Assembly (NCBI GenBank): GCA_040218735.1
Contig: JAVJQW010000023.1
Coordinates: forward strand, 672,001-736,000
Direction of reading: 5' to 3'
DNA from: Deltaproteobacteria bacterium
GTDB taxonomy: Bacteria; Myxococcota; Kuafuiibacteriia; Kuafuiibacteriales; Kuafuiibacteriaceae
DNA length: 64,000 nucleotides
Shown here: positions 18,755 through 27,645 of the stretch, piece after piece
Position numbering within the stretch: position 1 is the first letter of the stretch
Layout: each line of letters begins with the position of its first letter
Made by a program: the position numbers and the translations under genes
Notes under the pieces: model-generated
Told to the model about the DNA's origin: nothing
The model's input: the letters and a program-made list of their open reading frames with translations, nothing else
Database searches by the model: none

Positions 18755-19669
18755 CTATCCGTTGTAGATGTCCATCACCTTGTTCAGGAGGGCCATGCCG
18801 TCGGACTTGCTGCGCTGGAAGCTGTTGCGTCCGATGATCGAGCCGAAGCCACCGCCGGCGTGGATGCCACGGATCTCTTCGAGCACCGCGTCCTCGCCCT
18901 TCGCCGCGCCACCCGAGAAGATGACGATGCGACGGCCGTTGAAGGACGACTGGATCACGTGGCGGATGCGATCCGCGAGTGTGTCGATCTTGATGCCTTC
19001 CTTCTCGTAGACCTTCTTCGCGGCGCCCTGCTCGATGTGATCGGTCGGCGGCTTGACCTTCACGATGTGCGCGCCGAGCTGGCAGGCGATCTGCGCCGCG
19101 TACGCGACGACGTCGATCGCGGTCTCGCCTTCCTTCGACAGGCCGTTGCCGCGCGGGTACGACCAAAGCACGGTGGGCAGGCCGACGGAGCGCGCCTCGC
19201 GCGAGATCTCGCGGATCTGCTCGTACATGTCGTTGCGGAACGCCGAGCCGGGGTAGATCGTGAAGCCGATCGCGGCGCAGCCGAGCTCGAGGGCGTCCTG
19301 CACCGAGCCGGTGACGGCGGGGCAGGGGTCCTCGCCGCTGTAGAGCGAGTCGGAGTTGTTGAGCTTGAGGATCGTCGGGATGCGGCCGGCGAACTCCGCC
19401 GCGCCCGCCGCGATGAAGCCGAGCGGCGCCGCGTACGCGTTGCAGCCCGCGTCGATCGCGAGCTCGAAGTGATAGCGCGGATCGTAGCCCGCCGCGTTCG
19501 GCGCGAAGGTCCGCGCGGGGCCGTGCTCGAAGCCCTGGTCGACGGGCAGGATGACGAACTTGCCGGTGCCGGCGAGGCGGCCCGTGTTCATGATCTTGGA
19601 AAGGTTGTTGAGGACGCCGGGCGTCTCGGACGCATACCAGCTCAGGATTTCTTTGACGCGATCACTCAT
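18755..19669 (-). CDS. fbaB: class I fructose-bisphosphate aldolase (DhnA type)
   Basis: ILPVDQGFEHGP, LGCAAIGFTIYPGS, WSYPRG, GAHIVKVKPP (Schiff-base Lys), FSGG, GSIIGRNSFQR. Confidence 0.93.
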   Translation of the reverse strand: MSDRVKEILSWYASETPGVLNNLSKIMNTGRLAGTGKFVILPVDQGFEHGPARTFAPNAAGYDPRYHFELAIDAGCNAYAAPLGFIAAGAAEFAGRIPTILKLNNSDSLYSGEDPCPAVTGSVQDALELGCAAIGFTIYPGSAFRNDMYEQIREISREARSVGLPTVLWSYPRGNGLSKEGETAIDVVAYAAQIACQLGAHIVKVKPPTDHIEQGAAKKVYEKEGIKIDTLADRIRHVIQSSFNGRRIVIFSGGAAKGEDAVLEEIRGIHAGGGFGSIIGRNSFQRSKSDGMALLNKVMDIYNG

Positions 19670-19835
19670 TCGGTTCGGATTTCCTTTCAGAAACGGGAGC
19701 TATCAGGAAAGCGCCGCCAGATCGACCCCAACCGTCGCTATCGATTTCCCTCGCGAATCGCGGGGCGACCTTCGGTATCCTTTCGAGTCTGTGGGGGACT
19801 ACGCAACCCGGCGAAAGGAACGCTGGAGACGCCAC

Positions 19836-21038
19836 GTGGACCAGCAGGCCGACCGGCGGCGCCTCGGCGCGAAGAGCAGCTGGAGCCGTGTCGCCCAACG
19901 CCTCGGCCTCCAGATCCGGACCGACGAACCCCACCTCGTCGTCTTCGAGGGACGCCACGCGGGGTGCGCCATCGAGCTGCGTCGCACCACCCCGAACCGC
20001 CGCGTCGCCGAGTGGACGCTCGTCGTCGCGCGCGCCGACGTCGACCCGAAGATCAAGCTCACCAAGGAGAACGCCGTCACCCGCGCGAAGAAGCTCCTCG
20101 GCCACGAGGACGTGCTCACCGGCGCCGCGGGGTTCGACTACCTCGTCTACGTCGAGGGCGACGCCCCGCACCTCGTCGCGGCCCTCGACGACAAGACCCG
20201 CGCGGTCGCCTACCGCCTGATCGAACGCGGCGCGTCCGTCCAAGGCGGCGCGCTCCACCTCGTCCGACGCTCGACGCACGACTACGGCCCGCCGGAGCAC
20301 CTTCGGCAGGACATCGTCGACGCGTCTCGCCTGCTCCGTCGACTCGGCAACGCCACCGACGATCTCCGCACCCAGCTGCTGAAGAACGCACGCGACAGAA
20401 ACGAAGGGGTCCGCATCCACACCCTCGATCTGCTCCGACGCACCTACCCCTACGACGTCGGCGCGCTCGACTGGCCCCTCGAACCGGACGCCCCCACCGA
20501 GGTCGCGTGGCGCGTCGCGTTGATGTCTTCCCGGAGCGACGCCGGCACCCTCGCCCGGTGGGCGAACGACCGCGCGCTCGACCTGAAGGCACGCGGCGCG
20601 TTCATCGCTCGACTCGAGGCTCTCCTCCCGGCGCCCAGGGCGCTCGACGCGCTCCTCGCGCAGCTCGACCAAGACCTCTCCGGCGCCGCGACGCGACGCC
20701 TCCTCGCCCACGCCGACGACCCGAGCGTCGTGCGCAGCCTCGATCCCCAGGCGCTCGCCCTCCTGTTCGAGCGCGCGACCGACGTCGACCGGGTGCGGCT
20801 CGCCCACACGCTCGGGGAGGTCGGCGCGAGCGGCGCCATCGAGGTGCTCGTCGAGTATGCGAGCGGGTTCCTCCTATCGCGGGCCGTCAAAGACGCCGCG
20901 CGGCGCGCCGTTCAGCGCATCGAGCGCCGCGCGAAGACCCACCGCGGGCACCTCTCGGTCACCACCGCGCAGGAATCCGGGACGCTCTCCCTGAGCGGCG
21001 AAGCGGGACGGCTCGCGCTGTCGGACGACGACCCCTGA
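19836..21038 (+). CDS. hypothetical HEAT-repeat-containing protein
   Basis: Helical C-terminus with VRLAHTLGEVG..AIEVL..VKDAARRAVQRI and a terminal G.LSL..G.LAL motif. Start uncertain (19791 or 19836). Confidence 0.7.
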   Translation: MDQQADRRRLGAKSSWSRVAQRLGLQIRTDEPHLVVFEGRHAGCAIELRRTTPNRRVAEWTLVVARADVDPKIKLTKENAVTRAKKLLGHEDVLTGAAGFDYLVYVEGDAPHLVAALDDKTRAVAYRLIERGASVQGGALHLVRRSTHDYGPPEHLRQDIVDASRLLRRLGNATDDLRTQLLKNARDRNEGVRIHTLDLLRRTYPYDVGALDWPLEPDAPTEVAWRVALMSSRSDAGTLARWANDRALDLKARGAFIARLEALLPAPRALDALLAQLDQDLSGAATRRLLAHADDPSVVRSLDPQALALLFERATDVDRVRLAHTLGEVGASGAIEVLVEYASGFLLSRAVKDAARRAVQRIERRAKTHRGHLSVTTAQESGTLSLSGEAGRLALSDDDP

Positions 21039-21055
21039 CTGCTACAATGACACCC

Positions 21056-23977
21056 ATGCGCCGGTTCACGATCGCGAGCACCGGCGCCCTGGTCGCGGCG
21101 CTGTTCGCCTGCGACAACGGCGGCGGTCTCGAAGCCGCGCGCGGCCAGCTCGTGTTCTCGCCCGAGTCGATCGACTTCGGCGAGATAGCGGTCGGCGGCG
21201 CCACCGCGCAGCGCCTCACCGTCACCGCGCTGAACGTCGACGTCGACGCCACGTTCGAGATCGACGCCCCCTTCCGGATCAACAGCGAGGCCCCCGCGAC
21301 CGTGCCCCGCGCAGGTATCGCGCTCGACCTCGGCTTCGTGCCCACGGAGGGCGGCCGCGCCGACGGCGAGCTCCGCGTCACCGCGGGCGAAGACATCTAC
21401 ACCGTGGCCCTCACGGGCGTCGGCACCGCGGGCGGGCTCCGCCTCGTCTACGACGGCGCGCGCTGCGATTCGGGGGGCGTCTCCTTCGGCGCGGTGACCC
21501 GCTTCTCGGAGGTCCACAACTCGTTCTTCGTGGAAGCCGCCGGAAACCTCCCCGCGGACATCGTCGGCGTCTACCTCGCCGCCGGCAGCTCCTCGGACCT
21601 CGGCATCGTCGCGCCACGCGAGCAACGCCACACCCTCCAACCCGGCGAGCAGCTCGAGGTGGAGCTCGTGTACATCCCGAGCGACAACGGCGCCGACAGC
21701 GGCGAGGTCGTGTTCGAGCTCGCGACCGGGACGACCTTCACCGTCAGCCTTTGCGGCATCGGCTCCGCGGTGTCGGCGTGTGTCGAACCCGACCCCCTCG
21801 ACCTCGGCGCGGTTCCGGTCGGCAGCACCGCGCGCGGGACCTTCGCGATCCGCTCCTGCAACGACGAACCCCTGGTGATCTCCGATGTCACGCCCGTGAA
21901 CGACGCCGCGCACCCGTCCGATCCCGGCTTCGCGGTCGAGCTCCCGGACCGACTCTCCACGCCACTCCCCACGAACGCGAGCGTCGACATCACCGCGACG
22001 TACGCGGCCAACGACATCGGCGAAGCCACCGGCTGGCTCCGCATCGACACCAACGATCCGCTGACGCCATCCCATTACCTCCAGGTCACGGCAGATGCGC
22101 TCCCGCCCTGCCAGCTGCGTGTGTCGCCGGAGCGTATTGCGTTCGCCAACGTCCCGCTGGGGTCGACCCAGGTCCGTCGCGCGCTCCTGTTCAACGACAA
22201 CCCACGCGACTGCGACGTCGTCCGCACGCAGCTCGTCGGCGTCGACGCCGCGGCGTTCTCCGTCGAGACGAGCTCGGCCACGACGCTCGCCCCCGGCGCG
22301 GCCCTCCTCATCCCGATCACGTACACCCCCACGCGCGAGGACCGCGTCGAGTCTGCGCGGCTGGAGGTCGAGACGAACAACAGCTTCGTCAGCGCCGTCG
22401 ATCTCTTCGGCGCCGCGTTCCTCGACCCGGGCTGTCAGCTGGACATCCGCCCGAACGCGGTCAGCTACGGCGCGGTGGAGGCGGGCGTCACACACACCCG
22501 CGAGATCGTCGTGCGCAACATCTCCCAGTTCACGTGCGAGGTCGTCAGCGGGGTTTGGCAGTCCGGCACGAGCGCAGCGTGGACCACGACGAGTAACTTC
22601 CCGGTCGTCCTCGGCCCGCAACAAACGCGGCCCGTGACGATCGAGCTCGACGCCGATCGGCCCGGCGCACACAGCGGCGTCCTTCGGCTCTCCACGACAG
22701 ACGTCGATGACGCCACGGTCGACGTCGCCGTCCACGCGATCACCCGCGACGCGGAGATCTGCGTGCAGCCGGACAGCATCGACTTTGGCTCGCCGAGCGC
22801 ACCCGCGATGCAGACGGTGACGATCGCGGCGTGCGGCGCGGCGGACCTCGACGTCTCCGCGATTCAGTTCGCGGCGCCCGCCGATCCGGAGGTCACGCTC
22901 CTCGGCGTCCCGTCCCTCCCGACGACGATCCCCGCGGGCAACGCCGTCACGATCGACGTCCGCTACGCGCCGAACGACGAGTTCGCCGACTGGGCTACGC
23001 TGCAGATCGTCTCCGCCGACACACTCCGGCCCACGGTCAGCGTCCCGGTGCGCGGCGGCCCGCAGGAGTTCCCGCCGGAGACCGGCGAGAACCTCTACGT
23101 CTGGCAGTCGCAGGCGATCTACCGGTTCCCGTTGCAGGGGGGCTCGCCGGGCGCGCCGTTCTACGGACCTGCGGCGTCGCCGAGCCACGGCTGCTCGGGC
23201 TGCCACGCGGTGTCACCCGACGGACGTTACGTCGCGCTGATCGAGTACCCCGAGCTGGTGCTGATCGACACCACCACCAACATCGAGATCACCACCGGCA
23301 TCACCGCGAGCGTCGAGTCCGTCGCCTGGAACCCCGACGTGAACACCACGCCGCCGTACCAGTTCGTCTACGCGACCGGCGACGGTCCGCTCACCACCGC
23401 GTCCGTCACCGGACCGATCGGCGCGCTCCCCGGCACCGACGACGGCACCTACGTCTACAAGATGCCGGACTGGGGGCCGTCCGGTCAGATCGTCGCGGCG
23501 CGCGCGCCGAGCGCGGCGGCGACGACCGACTTCGCCTTCGTGGGCCCGGTCGATCTCGTGCTCGTCCCGGAGGGTGGCGGCGCGCCCGCGCTCGTGGCCG
23601 GCGCGAGCAACGACGGCGGCGGGCACTACTACCCGGCGTGGTCCCCGACCGGCACGTGGATCGCGTACACCCACAGCGTGTCGGCGGCGACGACCTACGC
23701 GGCCGCCGACGCCACCATCCGCCTCGTGCGCGCCAACCAGAGCGGCACCGTCGCGACGCTCCCGTTCGCGAACGACATCACCGGCGCCTCGAGCTACCCG
23801 ACCTGGAGCCTCGACGGCCGCATCCTCTCGTTCTCCTCGAACCGCAGCGGCGGCCTCGGCGACTGGGACGTCTACGCGGCCTTCGTCGACGACGCCAACG
23901 GCACGTCGAGCTCCGCAGTTCCGATCCAGAACATCAACACGCCGTCGTTCGATCACATCGCGATCTGGGCGCGCTGA
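21056..23977 (+). CDS. lipoprotein with ~6 Ig-like (choice-of-anchor D) repeats and a C-terminal TolB/PD40 beta-propeller
   Basis: Lipobox ALFAC; repeats SPESIDFGEI, PDPLDLGAV, PERIAFANV, PNAVSYGAV, PDSIDFG; propeller motifs CSGCHAVSPDG, PAWSPTG.WIAY, PTWSLDG..LSFSSNR.GG.G.WDVY. Confidence 0.8.
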   Translation: MRRFTIASTGALVAALFACDNGGGLEAARGQLVFSPESIDFGEIAVGGATAQRLTVTALNVDVDATFEIDAPFRINSEAPATVPRAGIALDLGFVPTEGGRADGELRVTAGEDIYTVALTGVGTAGGLRLVYDGARCDSGGVSFGAVTRFSEVHNSFFVEAAGNLPADIVGVYLAAGSSSDLGIVAPREQRHTLQPGEQLEVELVYIPSDNGADSGEVVFELATGTTFTVSLCGIGSAVSACVEPDPLDLGAVPVGSTARGTFAIRSCNDEPLVISDVTPVNDAAHPSDPGFAVELPDRLSTPLPTNASVDITATYAANDIGEATGWLRIDTNDPLTPSHYLQVTADALPPCQLRVSPERIAFANVPLGSTQVRRALLFNDNPRDCDVVRTQLVGVDAAAFSVETSSATTLAPGAALLIPITYTPTREDRVESARLEVETNNSFVSAVDLFGAAFLDPGCQLDIRPNAVSYGAVEAGVTHTREIVVRNISQFTCEVVSGVWQSGTSAAWTTTSNFPVVLGPQQTRPVTIELDADRPGAHSGVLRLSTTDVDDATVDVAVHAITRDAEICVQPDSIDFGSPSAPAMQTVTIAACGAADLDVSAIQFAAPADPEVTLLGVPSLPTTIPAGNAVTIDVRYAPNDEFADWATLQIVSADTLRPTVSVPVRGGPQEFPPETGENLYVWQSQAIYRFPLQGGSPGAPFYGPAASPSHGCSGCHAVSPDGRYVALIEYPELVLIDTTTNIEITTGITASVESVAWNPDVNTTPPYQFVYATGDGPLTTASVTGPIGALPGTDDGTYVYKMPDWGPSGQIVAARAPSAAATTDFAFVGPVDLVLVPEGGGAPALVAGASNDGGGHYYPAWSPTGTWIAYTHSVSAATTYAAADATIRLVRANQSGTVATLPFANDITGASSYPTWSLDGRILSFSSNRSGGLGDWDVYAAFVDDANGTSSSAVPIQNINTPSFDHIAIWAR

Positions 23978-25348
23978 TCAGTTCCGCGTCGGCGCGTCGT
24001 TCTTCTGCGACAAGATCTGCGCGTTCTGCAGCGCCTCCGCGTCCGTGAACGCGACGTCGTACAGCGCGACGTAGCCGATGCGGCCGTCGACGGACTTGTC
24101 GTTCGTCGGCGCGTTGCCGATCAGGAAGGTGTCGCCCGCGAGGATCCGGAACGTCTCGCCCGGCTGCAGCGCGGCACTGGCGGGCCCCTGGTCCACGCCG
24201 TCCACGTAGAGGCGGAAGCGGTCCGAAGCGTCCGTCGCCGTCTGGTCGAAGACCGCCGTCACGACCGCCGGGGTCTTCCGGTTCATGTCGACCGACCAGA
24301 AGACGTTGAGGTTGTCGTTGCGCACCAGGTAGACGGCGTCGGTTCGCACGGCGAGCGCGCACTCGGAGTGGAACCCGGTGCCGATGTCGAACACGCGCGA
24401 CGCGTTGGCGTCGGCCTGAACCGTGACCACGGCCTCCATCGTGAGGGTCTCGGTGTCGGTGAACGCGTTGATGATCTTCGGCGTGACCTGTCGAGCGTAC
24501 GAGCCGCCCTGGCCTTCGTCGTCCCAGCGCACCACGCGGCCTTGCGCCGAGTCCTCGAAGTACGGGCCCGCCGTCGTCGCGAAGAGCTGGAGGTCGAACG
24601 CGGGTGACCGACCGGAGTCGGACACCGTGCCGGGACGTTCGCCGTCGGTCTCGTCGAGGAAGTAACGAACGACGAGCCCGCGCTCCACGAGGTCGCGCCG
24701 CTCCTCGATCGCGACGACAGCTTCGACGTCGCCGAGCAAGGCGCCCTCCGCGGCTTCCACGACCACCGTGAACGACTCCCCTTCGTCGATCGGATCTTCC
24801 TCGACGGTGACCGGGAGCTGCGCGGCGCGCACGCCCGCGGCGATCGTGATCGTCTGGTTCGTGAGTGGCTCGTAGTCGCCGGGCGCCACCGCGGTGCCGT
24901 CGCGTGTCGCCCACGTCAGCACGACGTCGTAGCCGACCGTCGCGGTGAGCGTGGCCGCGACGAGCGCGACGCTCCCTTCGATCGCCGTCGTGTCCGCGAC
25001 ATCGACGGTCGGCGCGCGCTCGCAGCTCGACGGTGCGACGCCGGGGACGCAGTACCAGCCGGACTCGATCGCACACGCCGCGGAGCAGCCGTCCATCGCC
25101 ACGCGGTTGCCGTCGTCGCAGGTCTCGCCCTCGTCGAGCGCGCCGTTGCCACACGCCGGCGGTCCGGCGTCGCGCGTCGGCCCGGCGTCGCGCGTGTTGT
25201 TGCCGCCGTCGTCGACGCCAGCGTCGCGGTCGGCGACGACGCTCGCGTCCGCGTCGTCGATCGGCTCGGGCACGGCCGGGTCGAACGAACACGCCGCCAA
25301 CGCGGCGGCGAGACACGGGGCAAAGCGGAGCACGACAGCTCGAATCAT
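23978..25348 (-). CDS. lipoprotein with Myxococcus cysteine-rich repeat, Calx-beta and LamG-like domains
   Basis: Lipobox LAAC; CGNG.LD.GETCDDGN...DGCS..C; Calx-beta T.DGTA.APGDY..EGESFTV; LamG-like RLYVDG..IGN..DGRIGYVALYD.A.T. Confidence 0.8.
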   Translation of the reverse strand: MIRAVVLRFAPCLAAALAACSFDPAVPEPIDDADASVVADRDAGVDDGGNNTRDAGPTRDAGPPACGNGALDEGETCDDGNRVAMDGCSAACAIESGWYCVPGVAPSSCERAPTVDVADTTAIEGSVALVAATLTATVGYDVVLTWATRDGTAVAPGDYEPLTNQTITIAAGVRAAQLPVTVEEDPIDEGESFTVVVEAAEGALLGDVEAVVAIEERRDLVERGLVVRYFLDETDGERPGTVSDSGRSPAFDLQLFATTAGPYFEDSAQGRVVRWDDEGQGGSYARQVTPKIINAFTDTETLTMEAVVTVQADANASRVFDIGTGFHSECALAVRTDAVYLVRNDNLNVFWSVDMNRKTPAVVTAVFDQTATDASDRFRLYVDGVDQGPASAALQPGETFRILAGDTFLIGNAPTNDKSVDGRIGYVALYDVAFTDAEALQNAQILSQKNDAPTRN

Positions 25349-25388
25349 GGTCGAGGCGCTCGTGGCGCCGCAACCACACCCGGGGCGG

Positions 25389-26126
25389 TCAGAACAGGAG
25401 CGCGATCCCGGCCGCAAACAGCAAGCAGAACAGCACGATCCGGAAGCCCCGCTCGTCGACGCGGCGGTGGAGGACCTCGCCGATCGCGGTCGCCGCCACG
25501 ACGGGGATGGTCAGCCAGCCGACCTCCGTGAGGGCGGGGCCGTCGAGGCGACCGTCCAGGAGGAAGACCACCGTGAGCCCGACGTTCATCGCGAGCCAGA
25601 TCATCGCGAGGGTGGAGCGGAACGCCGTGCGCGCGAGGCCGGAGCGCCCGAGCGCGTAGACGAGCATCGGCCCGCCGGACGCGTAGATGCCGTGCATGAT
25701 CCCCGCGCCGAACACAAACGGGAGGCTCGCGCCGCCGGTGGACGACGCCGGTTCATCGCGTTGGGCGAAGAGCCGGTACAGCTCCAGCGAGGACAGCACC
25801 ACGACGAGCGCGCCGAACGCCGTCTTGAGCGTCGACCCCTCGAGCCTCGCCTGCACGAGGACCCCGAGCCCTGCGCCTGCGCCCATCACCCAGATGAGGC
25901 GCGTGAGCAGGAGCCGCCACGCGACGCGGCCACGGTGGGCGAGCACGAGGTACCCGTTCAGCAGCACGTTGAGCGCGACGAGGCGCGGCACCATCCATTC
26001 GATCGAATAGAACTGGCCGGCGAGCGTCAGCGCGATGATCACCGAGCCGAAGCCCGCCATCGCACCGGAGACGAACGCGACGAGCACCACCAGGGCGAAG
26101 ACGAGCAGCTCGGCGGTCGGCACCAC
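25389..26126 (-). CDS. sulfite exporter TauE/SafE family membrane protein
   Basis: AFVSGAMAGFG, GIMHGIYASGGP, FRSTL; about 8 TM helices. Confidence 0.85.
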   Translation of the reverse strand: MVPTAELLVFALVVLVAFVSGAMAGFGSVIIALTLAGQFYSIEWMVPRLVALNVLLNGYLVLAHRGRVAWRLLLTRLIWVMGAGAGLGVLVQARLEGSTLKTAFGALVVVLSSLELYRLFAQRDEPASSTGGASLPFVFGAGIMHGIYASGGPMLVYALGRSGLARTAFRSTLAMIWLAMNVGLTVVFLLDGRLDGPALTEVGWLTIPVVAATAIGEVLHRRVDERGFRIVLFCLLFAAGIALLF

Positions 26127-26144
26127 CTTGCACGCTGTCAGCCC

Positions 26145-26187
26145 GTTTACCGATCGGTCAACTCGGCCGATTGACCGATCGGTAAAC
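26145..26187. promoter_or_regulatory. paired palindromic operator, probable TetR-family binding sites
   Basis: GTTTACCGATCGGTCAA (26145-26161) and its exact reverse complement TTGACCGATCGGTAAAC (26171-26187). Each is itself near-palindromic. Lies between divergent tauE and tetR. Confidence 0.8.
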
Positions 26188-26206
26188 CAAGGGCCTCCTA
26201 GGAGCC

Positions 26207-26812
26207 GTGGCCCGGCACGAGACCAGCGAGAAGATCCTCACGGCCGCCGACGCGCTCCTCGCGGAGGTCGGCTACGACGGCGCGTCGGTCGGACGCGTCG
26301 CGGAGCGCGCGGGCGTGAACAAGGCGCTGGTGTTCTATCACTTCGAGAGCAAGTCGAAGCTCGTGGAGGCGGTGCTCGCGCGCTACTACGAGGCGCACCA
26401 GAGCGCGCTTCGCCAAGCGTACGACACCAAGGGCGACGCGCGCCTCCGCATCCACTCCGTGGTCGACGCCTACTTCAAGTTCATGAGCGAGCACCGCACC
26501 TACCCGCGGCTCGTGCTCGGCCTGATCGCCGCGAGCGACGAAGCGCGCGCCATGGTGCAAGACAACTTGCTCTCGCTGTTTCGGTGGACGACCGAGATGC
26601 TCGCCGACATCACACCGAACGGCGGCCCCCTCGACGCGCGCCAGTTCTACTCCACCTTCTCCGGCATGGTGACGGGTTACTTCACGTACGCACCCGTCAT
26701 CGCGGACGCGTGGGGCGACGACCCGCTCGCTCCCGAATCACTGAGCGCGCGACTCGAACACGTGCACTGGATGGTCGACGCCGTGCTCGATCGCCTGGAG
26801 GCCGAACGATGA
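26207..26812 (+). CDS. TetR/AcrR family transcriptional regulator
   Basis: ILTAA..L.EVGYDGASV..VAERAGVNKALVFYHFESK helix-turn-helix; SD AGGAG. Confidence 0.93.
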   Translation: MARHETSEKILTAADALLAEVGYDGASVGRVAERAGVNKALVFYHFESKSKLVEAVLARYYEAHQSALRQAYDTKGDARLRIHSVVDAYFKFMSEHRTYPRLVLGLIAASDEARAMVQDNLLSLFRWTTEMLADITPNGGPLDARQFYSTFSGMVTGYFTYAPVIADAWGDDPLAPESLSARLEHVHWMVDAVLDRLEAER

Positions 26813-27645
26813 ACTTCGAAACCCGCTCCACCACACGATCGAAGCCGCACCTCGCCTATTCGATCGAAGGCGACCGCGGACCGTGGGTCGTGCTCGTCAT
26901 GGGGCTCGGCATGAAGGGCGCCGCGTGGCGCCCGCAGATCGAAGTGCTCCGCGAGACCTGCCGCGTCGTCTTCTTCGACAACCGCGGCCTCGGCAACAGC
27001 GCGCCGCTCGACGCCGAGACCTCGCGCTTCGACATGAAGACACTCGGCACCGACGTCGTGCGCCTCATGGACGAGCTCGGCATCGACCGCGCGCACCTCG
27101 GCGGCGTCTCACTTGGCGGCATGATCTCCCAGCACGCCGCGCTCGATCACTCGGACCGCTTCCTCTCCCTCACGTTGATCGCCACGCACTGCGGCGGCCC
27201 CCTCACGTGGCTCCCGCCCGCGCCCGGCATCCGTCACTTCCTCCGCGCGCAACGCAGCCGCGGCCAAGCGCGCCTCGACGCGATCGAAGCCCTCCTCTAC
27301 CCGTCACGCTTCCGCGAAGAGACGAACCGCGCCGAGCTCGACGAACGCATGCGGGTGTCCTTCGGCGGCCCGCCGCCCAAACGTGTGCAGCGCCTCCAGC
27401 TCCGCGCCGTACTCGGCCACGACACCGCCGGGCGCCTCCCCTCACTCCGCCTCCCCACCCAGGTCATCGCACCCGACCTCGATCTGCTCGTTCGCCCCAG
27501 CGCGTGTCGCCGCCTCGCGGACCTGATCCCGGACGCGCGCCTGCACCGCATCCCCGACGCCGGACACGGGCTGATCTTCCAGAGCGCCGACGCGATCAAC
27601 CGATGGATGCTCGACCACTTCGCCGCGTGTGAGGCGGTCGCTTGA
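26809..27645 (+). CDS. alpha/beta fold hydrolase
   Basis: VMGLG, FDNRGLG.S, nucleophile elbow GVSLGG, D.LV, DAGH; ATGA overlap with tetR. Confidence 0.9.
   Translation: MNFETRSTTRSKPHLAYSIEGDRGPWVVLVMGLGMKGAAWRPQIEVLRETCRVVFFDNRGLGNSAPLDAETSRFDMKTLGTDVVRLMDELGIDRAHLGGVSLGGMISQHAALDHSDRFLSLTLIATHCGGPLTWLPPAPGIRHFLRAQRSRGQARLDAIEALLYPSRFREETNRAELDERMRVSFGGPPPKRVQRLQLRAVLGHDTAGRLPSLRLPTQVIAPDLDLLVRPSACRRLADLIPDARLHRIPDAGHGLIFQSADAINRWMLDHFAACEAVA

Noticed and set aside
18725-21055. N-terminal part of the 1750-aa ORF 18725-23977 (likewise the long extensions of 9950-12604, 10721-14236, 26035-27645, 36279-37898, 47338-49038)
   Set aside because: These are open shadow frames of neighbouring genes; real starts are marked by signal peptides or family N-terminal motifs further in.
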